A stretch of DNA of 62,730 nucleotides from Rhynchobatus australiae (Eukaryota). Below are positions 37,195-51,755 of this stretch, piece after piece; the first letter of the stretch is position 1; the number at the start of each line of letters is the position of its first letter. Both the position numbers and the translations under genes were made by a program. Location of the stretch: contig JAUZTB010000057.1 in the NCBI GenBank assembly GCA_034780895.1, positions 19,820,113 to 19,882,842 of the forward strand. Direction: 5' to 3'. Below the pieces are notes generated by a model. That model saw only the letters and a list, made by a program, of their open reading frames with translations, did not search any database and was not told where the DNA came from.

Positions 37195-38408
37195 CTGTTA
37201 AAACAAGACAGAAATCAAAATAAATTCAAATATTCTCCTTTTAGAGAAAACACAACTGGAAAAGTGCTTGTAAAATATAACCTTTTAAATCATGTTATTT
37301 ATCTTGGACACAAATAGTGATTGCACTGTTTAAAAGATTTTGAATAGCTTAAAGATAAAAACTACTTTTCTGTAATAGTATGACTTATCAACTCCTGCAA
37401 ATTTTTAATACATATTTACAAACTCTGTCATCCTCATTTTATTCATTGTTATTTGCTTGATTTACATTTTGTAATATTTAGTACAGATTGCCTAATAAAG
37501 AAGTGTTATCCTTCCTTTTGAAAACTTCTAGGAACTTGGCAGCATCCACAATGACAAAACTTGCCAAGAAAAAAACATCAATGTTAAAGTGAACCACATA
37601 ATAAACATCAAACTCAGGGAAGAAAGAACATAAAGTCAACATCTATAGCTCCTCATAATCTTGGCTCCCACTACAACAGGTCTGTTGAAAACCAAGGAGG
37701 AAGCAATTTTCACTAGCTAGTACACAGAACCTGTCCTCGAATTGTTTTGCATTATTCTAATGCTCTAGAGGAACAGAATCAATAATGGACACTGAAGCAG
37801 ACGTTCAAATTTAGTATTAAGTATTCATCAGTAGCACACAGTATGGAATATATCCAATTTAGATCTGAATTCAGTTTACAATTTGTACAATATGGTATGA
37901 GCTGGTGTAGATATATTTTTTAAAAAAGGTTTCTTTCTCACATTGTCTAATTTATGCTATTACATACAGGCATATTGCGATGTTCTAATCTTGGATGGGA
38001 TAATATCACAAATAGTACAAATTGGACGAGAGTGAATTAGTAGCCTGTTTTACATCATTCCAATTTTTAATTCCAATGGAACCATACAAATTTATTAACT
38101 AAAGCTTTGTTTTTATGAAATACTTAGGTACTTATATTAGAGCCCAAGTAAAATTTATAATGAAAATCACTAATAATCCTCATATATCCAAAGAAGCTGG
38201 CACCAACAGATTTTGAGGTTCTGATTTAACTTCTAATGTGCGAGCAATGCCAATATGGATTTTCCAGACCTTAAGGTCAGCAATACGCAGAGGGGGGAAA
38301 TCAGTATGCTAATAAATATAAATGCAAATACAATCACAATCAGCTACTGTAAGATCATTAACCATTGAGCTAAAACTTAAACTCTAGCTATAAAAGATGT
38401 CACCAGAT

Positions 38409-38435
38409 AGGGCTGCAGTATCATACTGCAGCCCT
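38409..38435. repeat. 27-bp palindrome
   Basis: agggctgcagtat-c-atactgcagccct: 13-bp perfect arms with a 1-nt spacer. Confidence 0.95.
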
Positions 38436-41400
38436 GAGGATCAGCCATGATTATACTGAATGGCTAAACAGGTTCAATGGGATGAATGGTCAACTTCAAC
38501 TTGGAGAGTAAAATGGGAATATTTGTTTGGGTACCAATTAGTTCTCCAAAGATTCCATGCGGTTTGATAAGTAGAAATGATAGGACATAAGTGGAACAAG
38601 AGGATGAACAATCCCACTCTAAGATACAAGTTTCATTTGGCAATGTTTGGGATGTTTTATTATATTCTCCAATTTTAAAATAAAAAGTAAATAAAGTCAA
38701 AATGAATTACACTAACAAAAGGCAGCTACACTGCATTGCAAGTCAACCTGGGAGGACATCTTAATGGAACCTCAAGTTACAAAACATACAGTAAATATTA
38801 ATTTTGCCCTCTCATTTTGCTGAACAGAATATGTTTANNNNNNNNNNNNNNNNNNNNNNNNNNNNNNNNNNNNNNNNNNNNNNNNNNNNCCAGTAGGATT
38901 ACCATTCAGAAAGGTTGCTTTCTAACCCAACGTTGTGGAGTTTCATCAACTCTTCCTAACAATACTATACCACTGTTATCATTTTCTTGTTTACAAAAAA
39001 AATACATTCACTCAAATATCCTTTGCATCAAGTACAACTAACAATAGCCATGTGCAAATTTTACAAAATGCCGTTTCTCTGAGTCATACAACCACTATAA
39101 TTTAAGATCATCTTTCTAATTCCTTTCCCTCAATGCTTTGTGCATTTTGTTTTCAACTTATCACTGGAATACCACCTGCTGGCCAAGCTTCTGCCTAATC
39201 TTGGCATGGTTTGGAGCCAGCAAGGTCTTCAAATTTCCTTACTAAAATTTCACTAAATGTTGCACCATCACCGTATCACACACAAGCAAAACATTTCCTT
39301 AATTGTGCAATGGGAAAGACAGTGCTCAGATGAACTACAATTAATAAGAATGATGTACTTTAAATGTGGCAGAGGTATAAATTTCAGTGCAGACAGCCCT
39401 GTCTGGCACAACACCAGTTGTAACTAATTCCAAGATAATCTACAAATGCACTACAGCTGACATGTCTAGTGACAGATCATTTTTCCAGTGACATGCAGAC
39501 AAATGTTTTAACTTGAATAGCCTCCTTGTAATCAGAACCTGTGTCCTATCTATCAAATCCAATCCTTCGGCTCATTTTTGTTTAACAGTTCAAACTGTAA
39601 CAGACAAACTAGCAATCAAGAGCCAGCAATGAACATCTACTAGCAATGATTATTAGAGATTGTCAGTAATCTTTGGATCATCTAACTGCCATCCCAATAC
39701 AAGGGCTCTCTAGATTACAGAAGACCTGATGTGGAAATCTGATGCAAATTCTCCCATAAATTTTTAAAGCATTTTTTCAAGGCAGGAAAGCAAACTTCCT
39801 CNNNNNNNNNNNNNNNNNNNNNNNNNNNNNNNNNNNNNNNNNNNNNNNNNNNNNNNNNNNNNNNNNNNNNNNNNNNNNNNNNNNNNNNNNNNNNNNNNNN
39901 NNNNNNNNNNNNNNNNNNNGGGTAGGGGGCACTTAAGAGATTTGCTTTGGAAATTGACATGGCAAGTCTCTTCTATTGACACTTGTAAGATATCTTATCA
40001 AACGATGTAACATCCATTGATACTTTAAGGCCATCAAAACAAGCTATTGGATATGGAATGTTCTGATCGTGTCCTCCACAGAGGGGAAGACAATAAATAA
40101 ATGTTCATGGTGATCAACCTTCATTAAAATTGTTCCGCTCCTTACTTACCAAAAAAATTGGTTTATGGAGAGTTTGCAGAATGGAACCCTTACATAATCC
40201 AGGGACTGCCTGTGTATAATGTGTATAGGATATGGACTTTGTAAATTTAACCTACTTAAACAAAGAGGGATTGTTGCACCAACAGAGCTAGAAGCACCAA
40301 GGGGTTTCTCCATTACCAATGGAGAGAATAATATTTTAATACTATGAGAAACCAAGATTCACCTACTGTATAGATAGATGTTAATTCAAAAATGAGCGTG
40401 AAGAATTGAAGTTTAATAGAACACCGGAGAAGCATGATCATCTGTTAACACACAGTGTTATTTGTCCATTGAAATAAGACTCAAAGTCTTAATATTAATG
40501 GAAAGACAGGAAATGGTGGGTGGCAGAAGGGGGATGAAAAATAGCCTATGGTCAGCAATGTAAGTATCCTGACAAACGTAATGGCGGAACTACTAACTTT
40601 TTCATCCCATTTCCTATCTGGCAGCTATCTAAACTGATGATATAGCTGGAGACCTGGAGTGAACACCAGCAGAAAGATTGTAGCTGAGGGATCCTTGGGA
40701 ATGGGCTTTGAGGGATCAGGACACTGGTCTGCAATTGGAAGGTAGGTGGGAAGGTCTTAGGTGGAGAAAGTGTGTAAAGAGAGCAAGCAGGAGGTGTTGG
40801 TGCAGTACAAGGTTATTGATTAATCAGGGCCAACAGTGCCAAAAGGATTCCTCAGGTAACCAGGAGTCCTCCTGGCCCACAATGAGTCCTGAAAAAAAAG
40901 CAGCATTGACCTCAGAGCTTTTTAGCTCCTCCCTCCCTTTCACAGCCCAGTTTCCAGTCAATGCCAGTTCATGTTCTGCACTGCCACCATGGGAGACCAA
41001 ATTTATATACTTTAAGTCCTGCCTCTACACAGCAGAAAACACTATATCTAAAGCAACAGAACAAACAACAGATGGGCACGTTGGAAATTGCTTTCCCCAC
41101 TATTACTGCCTTAACTATCTTGTCACCCAGGCCCAACCTCAACAATCTGCCTTCCATCAGAAGGTCAGAAGTGGAAATGTGAGTTTGTGACCCACATTGC
41201 CCACGTATCATTCCATGTATTGATTTTGAGTCCATCCAATGATATAGGAATTAACAAAATAATTTTTTCAGGACACTCATGTTAGGACATAATCCTGAAA
41301 CATTCACTGAATTGCACATCAGGTGACAGATCCTTAGATCAAAGCATCTTAAAAATAGAATATTTGTGAATTGAATAGTTGACAATCCACTCTAACTGCA

Positions 41401-42479
41401 ATAATTTTTATCACCACTTTCTCATGAAATTAACAGGCACCTCATCATTTATCTTCAATGTTCAAATAGCTTCAATGCAATTATTTAAAGCTAGTGGTCT
41501 ATATTGTCATGAAAATTTAAACAAAAAAAATTAAAGCACAATTTCAGTTTTATAACACTACACAATATATTCCACACAGCTGAGAAGAACATTGCATTTC
41601 TTGTGTATTTTAAGTGCTTTCTCAGCAGCTCATTAATTTAATGACTAGTTGAGCAATACAGATCTGCATGATCTCATGATCCTTGACCCTGGGCAAGGAA
41701 GATCAACTGAAAATCCTGCTCTGTGCAACAGTGCCTGCAAACCTATTGTGAACAGCAGGTAAGACTTGGATAGATGTTGTGTCTGAAACGGAACAGTCTG
41801 CCAATATTCACAACTGGGACCTGCATATTAATTACAGTCACTTGAGCAAGATATCAGAGAATAACTGACACTGGAGGAACAGAATCTCAATAAGCAGTGA
41901 GCATCTTCACAAAAGGCAAAGATTCATATATATTTATACTGATATGAAATGTATAATATAATAATAGATTCACCCTCAATAGCAATTAATTTTGGCATTG
42001 CTTCTCTTTATAATGTTTAATAGACCTCTCATGCAAGGTAAACATAGTTCTTTTGCTTACTCAGCAAGCAAAGTTCCACATATTTTGAAAGTAGAGTGCA
42101 CTGTGCCAAAACTGACCTCCAATAAAAGATTCACACATTAAAAAAATTTGGCCTGAACTCAGCTTAAATGTTAGGAAAAAGGTACAGTGTGCCTTTTTTT
42201 TACTGATTACAGAAGCATNNNNNNNNNNNNNNNNNNNNNNNNNNNNNNNNNNNNNNNNNNNNNNNNNNNNNNNNNNNNNNNNNNNNNNNNNNNNNNNNNN
42301 NNNNNNNNNNNNNNNNNNATTTTTCTAAAGACTTATAATCAGAGCTTAAGTGATAATATGGTAGCTGCTTTATTACTCATTTTTGTCACAATTGAGCAAA
42401 CAAAAAGAAACTGCCTGAAGAAATAACCAGTACAGACATCATTTTTGCAGAGGTGTACTGTGGCATACAAAGACAATGA

Positions 42480-43580
42480 CAATCACAGAGCAGAATCACA
42501 GCACAGTTACAGCAGACTGAGGCTATTCAGTCCACTGTATCCACACTGGCTCTCTCCCAAACCACTCATTAGTTCCATCCACAAGCACCTTTTTCATAAC
42601 CTTGCAAATTTTGCTTCACCCATATATTTATCTAATTCCCTCGAAGACCATAATGGAACCTGCCCCCACCACATCTGCAGGCAATGCATTCCGGGTTCCT
42701 ACCACATTGAGGAAAAAGTTTTTCCTCTTGCCAGTCTTAACTCTCTTCCCCTCTATTTTATACCAGTGACCTTGACCCCTTCAACAAAAAGAACAGCCAT
42801 CACTATCTAGATTCCTCATCATTTATATACTTCCATCTAATCTCTCCTCAGCATTCTCTTTTCCCAAAGAAAATAATACAAATCATTCCAATCTATCCTT
42901 GTGACCCTCATCCAAAGAACTATTCCCATAAATCTTTTCTGGACCTTCACAAATGCTTTCATGCCTTTTCTATAATGTGATGATCAGAATTGAACACAAT
43001 ACTCCAAATGAGGTAAATAGCAGGAAAGTTCTGCTGAACCTTCATAAAATACTGCTTTTTTTAATTCTATGCCTCTCTCGATAAAACAGAATAGTTTATG
43101 CCTCATTAACCTGCCCTGTCACTTTCAGTGATTTGTACACATTTACCCCTCAGATACCTTAACTTCAATACCCCTCTGCTCACTTTTTGTACCAAACTGC
43201 ATTATCTCATATTTCTTCACATTAAACAACTTCTTCCATGTGTCTCCCTGTTCCACCAGCGTATTTGTATCTTGCTGCAATCTATCACTATCCTCTTCTC
43301 AGTTCACAATACTACCAAGTTTTGTTCATCCTCAAATTTAGAAATAGTGGCTTGGACCCATGTCCAGATCAGTAATATTGATTAAAATGAATGGCCTCAA
43401 CACCTATCCCGAAGTATATCTGCAATTTGTCTTTCTCCAACCCAAAACATTCACTGTGACCCTCTGCTTCATACCAAATTNNNNNNNNNNGGCACCTTAT
43501 CAAAAGCCTTCTGGAAGTCCATGTACACTGCATCAAATGCATTACCCTCTTCAATTCTAGCCAGTACTTTATCAAAAACT
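42480..43580 (-). mobile_element. Decayed CR1 LINE
   Basis: ggcaccttatcaaaagccttctggaagtccatgtacactgcatc is the reverse complement of DAVYMDFQKAFDKVP; the 3' UTR is at about 42490. Confidence 0.85.
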
Positions 43581-45234
43581 TCTATACGTATTCATCACAG
43601 TGCAGTGTTGAGAAGAGAGGTGAAGAATAATCCTCCTCTAACAATTATGACAATGACAGATGCCTTTTGAACAGAGGAGCTGAGCTAACAGAATTGCAAA
43701 GCTTAATTCAAGTAATGAATTGAAAATTAGTTTAAACCTTTTACCTCATTCTTAAATGTTTGTTATATATAATTGTGGTGCTTGTGACCCAGTTTCCACG
43801 ACATTATGGTGTGGGCGAGTTAATCTGACAGTAACTGAAATGGAGGAGGTGTGATGCAGGACGTGTGAACGTTCATAGTGTTCAAGGCCTGTACTCTTCA
43901 AGAAAAAGAGAGCTTTGCTCAATAAATCTTTTGATTAGAATATGCAATCTGCTATCACAAAGGAGATGAGGCGAATAAGTTAGATACATATAAGAGGAAG
44001 CTAGATTAAGAAAAAGTGCAAAAAAAGATATTGATGGATATGCAGGTGGAGTGGATGAAGGAAGCCAAGAGTAGGTTCATGTGGAGCATTAACACTGGCA
44101 ATGTTCAGTTTCTGAGCTGCAAATTCTATTCATTGCGATGTAATCTGACTGGGTATACATTTTATCACTCATAAAACCCCTTTTCCATTTTTCCACCCTT
44201 CCTAATGCAGTTCAGTGCTGCTTTAACACCACAATGTAGCCATATTGCATAAATGCACAAGAACCTTCAATAAATGCAGACAGATATTCCACAGAGTGTT
44301 CACCAGAAATCAGATGTATTATTTTACAGCACCTTTATGGGAAAGAAAGCCACATGGTACTTTGCGAGAAGATGAGAAAGCACAAACCAAAGCTTGGAAG
44401 GAATGATTACAAGGGGTGACCAAAAGTGGAGTCAAAACAAATGCTTTTAAAAACCCTATTAAAATTTGAGAGTGCTGGTGAGGGAGAAGACCATCAATGG
44501 AGTGTCAAGTCATATAGACAAGGTCTCAGATTCATTTCTTAGCCTGCAATTAGCTGACCTCAGACAAGTTAGAGCTATAAAATAATCTCATCTGAATAAA
44601 TTCTGTGGCCTCCTGTATTGTTACAACGAGGCTCGATGCAAGGTTAAACAGCACCACATCTACCCTCTGGGTCACGCAGTCTTCTGAAGTCTCTAGCTTT
44701 AGGTAACTCATTCTTTCTTTCAGACTGTCTGCAACAGACCTTGCCATTTCTCTCAGCCATCCATCTGTGATTTTGGCTCAGTTTTTCTCTCCCCATTAGT
44801 ATAACTTTGTCTGCTGAGCCTGTTCCACAGCCTTGCTATAAGCAACTCATAACACACACAAAGAAACATAGCCTGATTTTAACTATTGTATAAACTTATT
44901 TGGTCTCACCCTGTCAGAAATATATCCTTGCCCAATTTCTCTGCCACTGAAAACTCTTTCCTAGTTTCAACAAAAGATCTCAGATCTGTTTCTCTTTCCT
45001 TCCTACCCGACCTGCTGAGTGTTTCCAGCATCTTGTTTTTATTACAAATCATNNNNNNNNNNNNNNNNNNNNNNNNNNNNNNNNNNNNNNNNNNNNNNNN
45101 NNNNNNNNNNNNNNNNNNNNNNNNNNNNNNNNNNNNNNNNNNNNNNNNNNNNATTACAAATCATCTCACCACTGTTGGCAAGGAAGGGCTGGTTCCAAAT
45201 ACCAATCTCAGTTAGATGTGTCATTCTCATTGTC

Positions 45235-45570
45235 CAAGGTGCTGTGGAACCTTACAGATGAAACACCATTTCAATTATACTACTTTCAGTCTTGTATTTA
45301 TACTATTTGCTGTTCACAACTCCAGCTCTTCAACAGTGTGGAGACTGAATACAAATGGGATCACTGTTTCACAGAAAGCTTCCATTCAGGTTGCAACTAT
45401 GACAATGAGATTCCCATTGCCCATCATCTCAACATTCTGGTCCACTCCTACTCTGATCTCCTCATCCTTGTCTTCCCACAGCAAAGTTCATCAGAAGATT
45501 GAGAAACAGCACATCATATTTTGATTAGTCTTCTGGATTCAACAACTAGTTCAACAATTTCAGATTTCAT
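45235..45570 (+). mobile_element. Penelope-like GIY-YIG endonuclease region fragment
   Basis: Similar to 51105-51420 (F.C.S.NLVYCIRCS.C..LYIGETKR..GD.F.EH motif, degraded). Confidence 0.6.
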
Positions 45571-46639
45571 AACCAGGTTTTCAGATTACAGTAACATATA
45601 ACGATTCCACTGATGTTATTTATAATTCCTGTTGACTTGCTGTTTGTTTCTTTTCTATCCTATTTCTATTCTGTTTTGGCCTCGTAGCATATTGTCACTT
45701 GAACACTAATGCTTCCACCCATTCACCCAACTTTCCTTTCCTCTCCACTTTCCTTGCCTATGCCAGCTTAAGATTCACTGTAGCTTTGCATTTTTCCATT
45801 TCTAATGGCAGATAAGCATCTCAAAGCATTTTACTCTTTGTATAAGCTCCACGATCTCTTCAGCAATTCAGTCTTTAAAATATTCATTACTGAAGTATTC
45901 AAAACCAAGTACTTTTTAATTTCTCAAGTACAATTTTTAACACTGACCTGTCAACATCAAACATTGCCAGAATCATTGTAGCACAAGCCAGAATTACAGT
46001 AAAGCTCCCTTTACGTTGCTCCAAGGATGCTATTTTATCCCAATCTCTAAAGAGCACCAGAGTGATAACATTCCATTTCTAATATCTGGCATTCAGATTT
46101 TATGAGCAATTACCTAACATTAACATCACTGGCAGAGAGATAAATGGCAATCACCAACAGCTTGGTCCTATTGTGCCTCAATATTTTCACAGCCTCCCCA
46201 TATGGCCAACAATATCACAGAAAGTCCACAGTTTGAAGTGAAAAGCATAATTATAAAAGTGCACACATGCACACAGCTCTTCACCTATAAATGCTGATGC
46301 TCTGGCAGCTACCTCAATATAGAAACAGCAATTTTAGGTCACTGGTAACCAAATCAGAAAGAACCAAATAGAGCTGCAAGCCCTTCCTATGCTCAGTTAC
46401 TAACATGCTTTACAAACTAACCATCGAACTAAATTAAATAATAGGCATTTTATTTTAAATTTGCATCCTGTTTCAGCTGACTTTCCATTAGGTAATCTTA
46501 TCCCCCTCATATAACCATTTATATTCCCTGCAGTTGCCTCTTCCTTGGCCTTATTTTGTTGAGTGCTTAGTTACAGAGATCATCTCTTACTTTACTTTGC
46601 TGCCCCTCAATTTGCTTTAATCAACACCTCCCTCTTCAC

Positions 46640-49140
46640 TTTGCTCATCTGACCTATCTAAAGAGAAGCAGAATTGGCCAAGGTAAATTGACCAGCCTTT
46701 AAGGATCATTTCATAATCTCAGCAATAGTATATTCCAGTGAGAAAGAGAGGCTCCATGAGGAGAATTCACCATTCATGGCCAACTATGCAATACAAGGGT
46801 GGTAGTGGTATCATTTTGAAAGAAGACATACAACCTGGTAAAGATTAATGGAAGTAGACAAGAGGATTAGGAATGAGAGTTAAATAGCAAATAATATAAA
46901 AGCTCTCAGCAAGAATGTCTAAACAAGAATAAAAAAAGGAAATCAGTATGGAATTAATAATGGGAGAAGATGGCAGAGAATCCAAACAAGTATCTTGGAT
47001 CAATTTTCATGAAAGTAAACATCAAAAACATCCCAATGATATGCAACCAAGAAGCCAGAGGGAGGAAGGAACTTAAAACAATCTCTATCACTAGAGAAAA
47101 AAGTGCTGGGCAAGCTAATGGGGCTAAAAGGTCTGAAAGGCACCGATGCCTGCATCCCAGGGTTTTAAAAGAAGTGGCTCCAGAGATAGCACAAGTCTGC
47201 TGTAATCTACTAAAATTCACAGGATTCTAGAGACATCCTAGTGGATTGGAATACCACAGAAATAACACTGCTATTCAAGTTAAGAGGGAGGTAGAAGGCA
47301 GAAAGAAAAAGGATGGTTGGAAATGCATTGCCAATCCTTCAACATCTCAGCATCTAAATTCTGAAACTCCCTACCCAACAACACTGAGGGAGTACTTCTA
47401 CATGAAGGATTTCAGCAGTTCAAGGCAGCAGCTCACCGCCACCTTCTAAAAGGCAATTCAGCATGGACAATAAATGCTGGCCTGGCCAGCAACGCCTAAA
47501 GCCAGAAAAACAAATAAATAAAAAAGCAAGATATTCATTAAATCATAAGACAATCAGAGTCAAAATGACTTTATGAAAGGGAAATCATATTTGACAAGTC
47601 TGCTGGAGTTATTTGAGGATGTAATAGAGTGGATAAAGGGGAACCAGTAGATGCAGTGTGTTTGTATTTCCAGAACGCATTCAATATGATGTCACATGAA
47701 AAGGCTGTTGCACAAAATAAGGGCTCATGTGCTGGGGGATAATATACTGGGGAATTGGTTAACTAAAACCAAACAGAATCATAGTCATTTTTGGATTGGC
47801 AATCAGTAACTAGTGAGGTGCCACAGGCCCCAACTATTTACAATCTATATTAATGGCTTGGAAGAAGGGACCGAGTATATTGCATCTAAATTTGCTGAGG
47901 ATATAAAGATAGGTGAGTTAGCAAATTTTGAGAAAAACACAAGGAGCCTACTAAAGTGATATAGATTGATGATAGTGAGTGTACAAAAGTTTGGCAGACG
48001 GATAACAATATGGAGGTTATCCACTTTGCACAGAAGAACGAAAAAGCAATTTATAATTTAAATGGAGTGATACCACAAAATATTACATTACAGAGGGATC
48101 TAACAGTCCCAGTGTATGAAACACTAGGGGTGGACATGCAAATACAGCAAGTAATTAGGAATACTGCAAGGGATATGGAGTATAAAAGTAGGGAAGTTTT
48201 CATGCAATTTTACTAGATGCCAGTGAGACCACACCTGGAATATTGCATGTAGTTTTGATCTTCATGTTTAAGATAGACAAGCTTGCATTAGAAGCACAGC
48301 ATAGAAGGTTCAATGGGATAATTCCTGGGATGAAAGAATTGACACACGAAGAGACATTGGGTAGGTTGAGCCTATGTTACGAGCCAGGGTGCTACTTGGT
48401 GAATGTCCCTTTAAGGCACCTGGACAGTAGTGTAGCAGCGTGTGCGGTGTTATCTGATGACTGCAAGACTATATCTGGAGCGTACTGGTGTTGCACAGAG
48501 AGAGTGGGGGGGGGGGGGGGGGGACGNNNNNNNNNNNNNNNNNNNNNNNNNNNNNNNNNNNNNNNNNNNNNNNNNNNNNNNNNNNNNNNNNNNNNNNNNN
48601 NNNNNNNNNNNNNNNNNNNNNNNNNNTTGGGGTCAATGTTTAATATCTAATGTTTTTATTTCTCTTATTATTACAAGTAGTTATTAATAAATAGATTCTA
48701 ACATTTATACATGGCTCGTCGTGTTTCCATTGTTGCTGGTACCTAACACCTATTACTCATTGCACCTTAGAAGAAAGAGGGGTGATCATACTGCAACATC
48801 TTGGATTCTGAGGGGAATTGACAGGTAGACACTGAAAGGATGTTTCCCCACCAGGGTTGTCTAATGGTTTCAGAATAAGGAATCACCCATTTAAAGTGGA
48901 CACGAGGAAGAATTTCTTTCCTCAGAGGGATGTGGCTCTCTGTAATTCTCTATCCAAGAGAGCTATGGGGCAAAGCCATATTGTATACAAAACAGAAATT
49001 GACAGCCACTTGAACAAGAAATTCAAGGGATATGGAGAGAGAGCATGAAAGTGGTGCTGAGATCAAGGTTGGATAGGCTATGACCTTATTGAATGGTCTT
49101 GTAGTAATGGTGCCAACTCCTGCTTCTTGTGTTTTTAAGT
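46640..49140 (+). mobile_element. Long decayed CR1 ORF2 with two nested insertions
   Basis: LHPRVLKEVAPEI (46970 ORF); gatgcagtgtgtttgtatttccagaacgcattc (DAVxLxFQxAF); aaatttgctgaggatataaag (KFAED.K); 3' UTR near 49120. Interrupted by a LINE tail (47300-47525) and a solo LTR (48375-48748). Confidence 0.9.
48375..48748 (+). mobile_element. Solo LTR (Gypsy-like) with 4-bp TSD
   Basis: Termini TGTTA...TAACA, TSD CCTA (48371-48374 and 48749-48752), AATAAA at 48686. Removing it restores CR1 continuity. Contains a 100-N gap. Confidence 0.9.
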
Positions 49141-50749
49141 GTTCTCAGACTTAAATGCTATTTTTCACCTTGAACAGTCACCACCCCACCCCATTGCAAA
49201 TAACCTACTGCAGGGATCCACAAACTCCTCAGAATAACAATTTTGTGGAAAGAAAATACTAAACAAAAATATAAAAGTGGTTGAATGATATATTTCAACT
49301 GTGACAATTAGACAAAGGCCCATAATTTAAAACTAGCAAAAGGTAAATCCAGAACAGATCTCAGAAAATGTGTTTGTACACAAATTGGAATGACCATTTG
49401 GGTAAGGCAGTGAACACAAAAATCAGTTTGTAAATGGCCAAATCACGAATACATATTCTGCCTAGGTTTTCCACAATCAGTGAAGAGATTGAGATCTGTA
49501 ACTTGAATCATTCAGGCCCACCTCATATTCCTACATCTTTTTAAACAGACCTCTCCAAGATCTCAGACACATGTATATAAAAAAGTCCAAAAATCCAGGG
49601 CAGCACAGATGATACATTATTTCTCTCAAGAAATAGTGGGGTTAGGGAATGTAGACATGGAAATCTATACTTGTTTTAAAATTTCAAAAATTATAATTCC
49701 CTCATAGATAAACGAACAGGACATTCTATCATTGCAGTGGTCAAAGTTCTCCCTTCTTTCCTTTGTGAATTACCAGGATGTGGAAGTTACTTTTGAAGAT
49801 GGAGAGCAAGAATAATGTGGAACAGACTAGAGGTATTTCTTTTGAGTTAGACTTGTGCCATCTTGGAATACATAGTAAAATAAAAGACCTGATTTGTATT
49901 CAGGTTGCCATCTTTGAGCTAGGTAAGAGTACATCAGAATTATTTGAATACTTGACTTGCAGATCACATCAAACCTTGTGATCCCAATCTCATAATTAGG
50001 GTGTTCACTTGACCTGGGTATAATAATGCAAAGCTAAAGCAAAGTACAAGAGAGTTTTATTCTACTTTGATAATTTCCTTCTCCTTCCACTGGGAGCCCA
50101 TTCTTGATGTATTACAGGCCCACCCTTCATTACAACTTCCAAAATGCCAGGCTGGAAGGGAGAAAAGGGAGATGGGTGAGAAGGGGANNNNNNNNNNNNN
50201 NNNNNNNNNNNNNNNNNNNNNNNNNNNNNNNNNNNNNNNNNNNNNNNNNNNNNNNNNNNNNNNNNNNNNNNNNNNNNNNNNNNNNNNNNNNNNNNNNNNN
50301 NNNNNNNNNNNNNNNNNNNNNNNNNNNNNNNNNNNNNNNNNNNNNNNNNNNNNNNNNNNNNNNNNNNNNNNNNNNNNNNNNNNNNNNNNNNNNNNNNNNN
50401 NNNNNNNNNNNNNNNNNNAACATTTACAACATGTACTTTTAAAAGTAGTTTAAATGTCCCATCACCACCTCCTGCTAGACTACTGGAAACATTCATGATG
50501 AATAATAAACTCCTTTTGTTCACTACAGTAATGAACTTGATGGAATGATTCCTGCTTTCCTAACCCAGTCTGCTATCTCCAAACTCACAGCTGATCATTA
50601 GCTGCTCTTTGAAATGGCCCCATAAGCAATTCAAGGGTAATTTGGCATGGGTAGTAAATGCCACCCTCACCAATGACGCCCAAACCAATGAATGATCTGT
50701 AATTAGTAACTGTATCTATCTGGAAAGAAAGTGAATAATTTCCTGGCTA

Positions 50750-51580
50750 CATGGCCTGTTATTGCATAGTCTTTCAATCATATCTGTTCCATTTCCTACA
50801 CTTCAACTCTCACTCCTTTCTTTCACCTGGGGCAAGAATAGACTTCTTCACCTTCCATCCCAATAACATCCACGTTCAATGTATCACGCTCCAAAATTTT
50901 TAACCGCCTTCGAAGCAATGCTACCACCCGACATATCTTCCTTTCCCCCTTTCCTTTCAGCATTCCAAAGGGGCTGTTCCTTCCACAATTCCCTGATTCA
51001 TTCTTTTCATTCTTTAATATCCACCCACTCCCTCTTTGATGGCACTTTTTTTAATGCAACCACAGGAGATGAAACATCTTCCTTTTTCCCTTCCCAATAT
51101 CCGGGTGAAGTAGCAATTCACTTGTGTTTCTATCAAATTAACTTACTGCATTGGGCGCTCACGTTGTGATCCCATCCGTACTGAAGAAACCAAATACATT
51201 TTGGGTGAATGCTTTTCAGAACTCTTCCATTCAATCATCAAGGGAGAATCCAAATTTCCAATTGCCCGTCACTTCAATTCTCCATTCCATTCCACTTGGA
51301 TCTAACCTTTGGTCTCTTACCCTGTTCCAATGACACTTGATGCAAATTCAAGAAAAGGCATCTGATTTTCTGAATAGGCACGTTACAGCCCTCAGAGTTC
51401 AACAGTGAATTCAAAAGTTTCAGAGAACTAGCCTTTCTAGTTAGTATGAGAATTGGCCAGCCTCAATGCAAGGTTGACAATCTGTACACTGTTTTTCTGC
51501 CTTCACAGATGCTATCTGTTCTGCTGCATATTTCCAGCATTCTATTTCAGATTTCTAGCAATTACAGTACCTATATTTTC
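50750..51580 (+). mobile_element. Penelope-like element 3' part (linker, GIY-YIG endonuclease, tail)
   Basis: Degraded FTCVSIKLTYCIGRSRCDPIRTEETKYILGECFSEL, read across 51118-51225, matches the PLE endonuclease motif. Tail acagatgctatctg...tttccagcattctatttcag. Confidence 0.8.
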
Positions 51581-51755
51581 TCTCCAGTTACATCTCTTCC
51601 AGCCAGATCAGCTTCAACTTAAACCTGTCATATTTTATTTCATATTTTTATGATATAAAGAGGCCATAAAACCCATCAAATCTAGCTGGTTCTTAGATCA
51701 AACCCTTTTCTTCCTTCAATCTAGTCACTCTGACATACCTGTAAACTCCCCCTAG

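Noticed and set aside
40708-41235. 160-aa and overlapping ORFs in unique-looking sequence
   Set aside because: No recognisable domain or splice context; consistent with chance ORFs.
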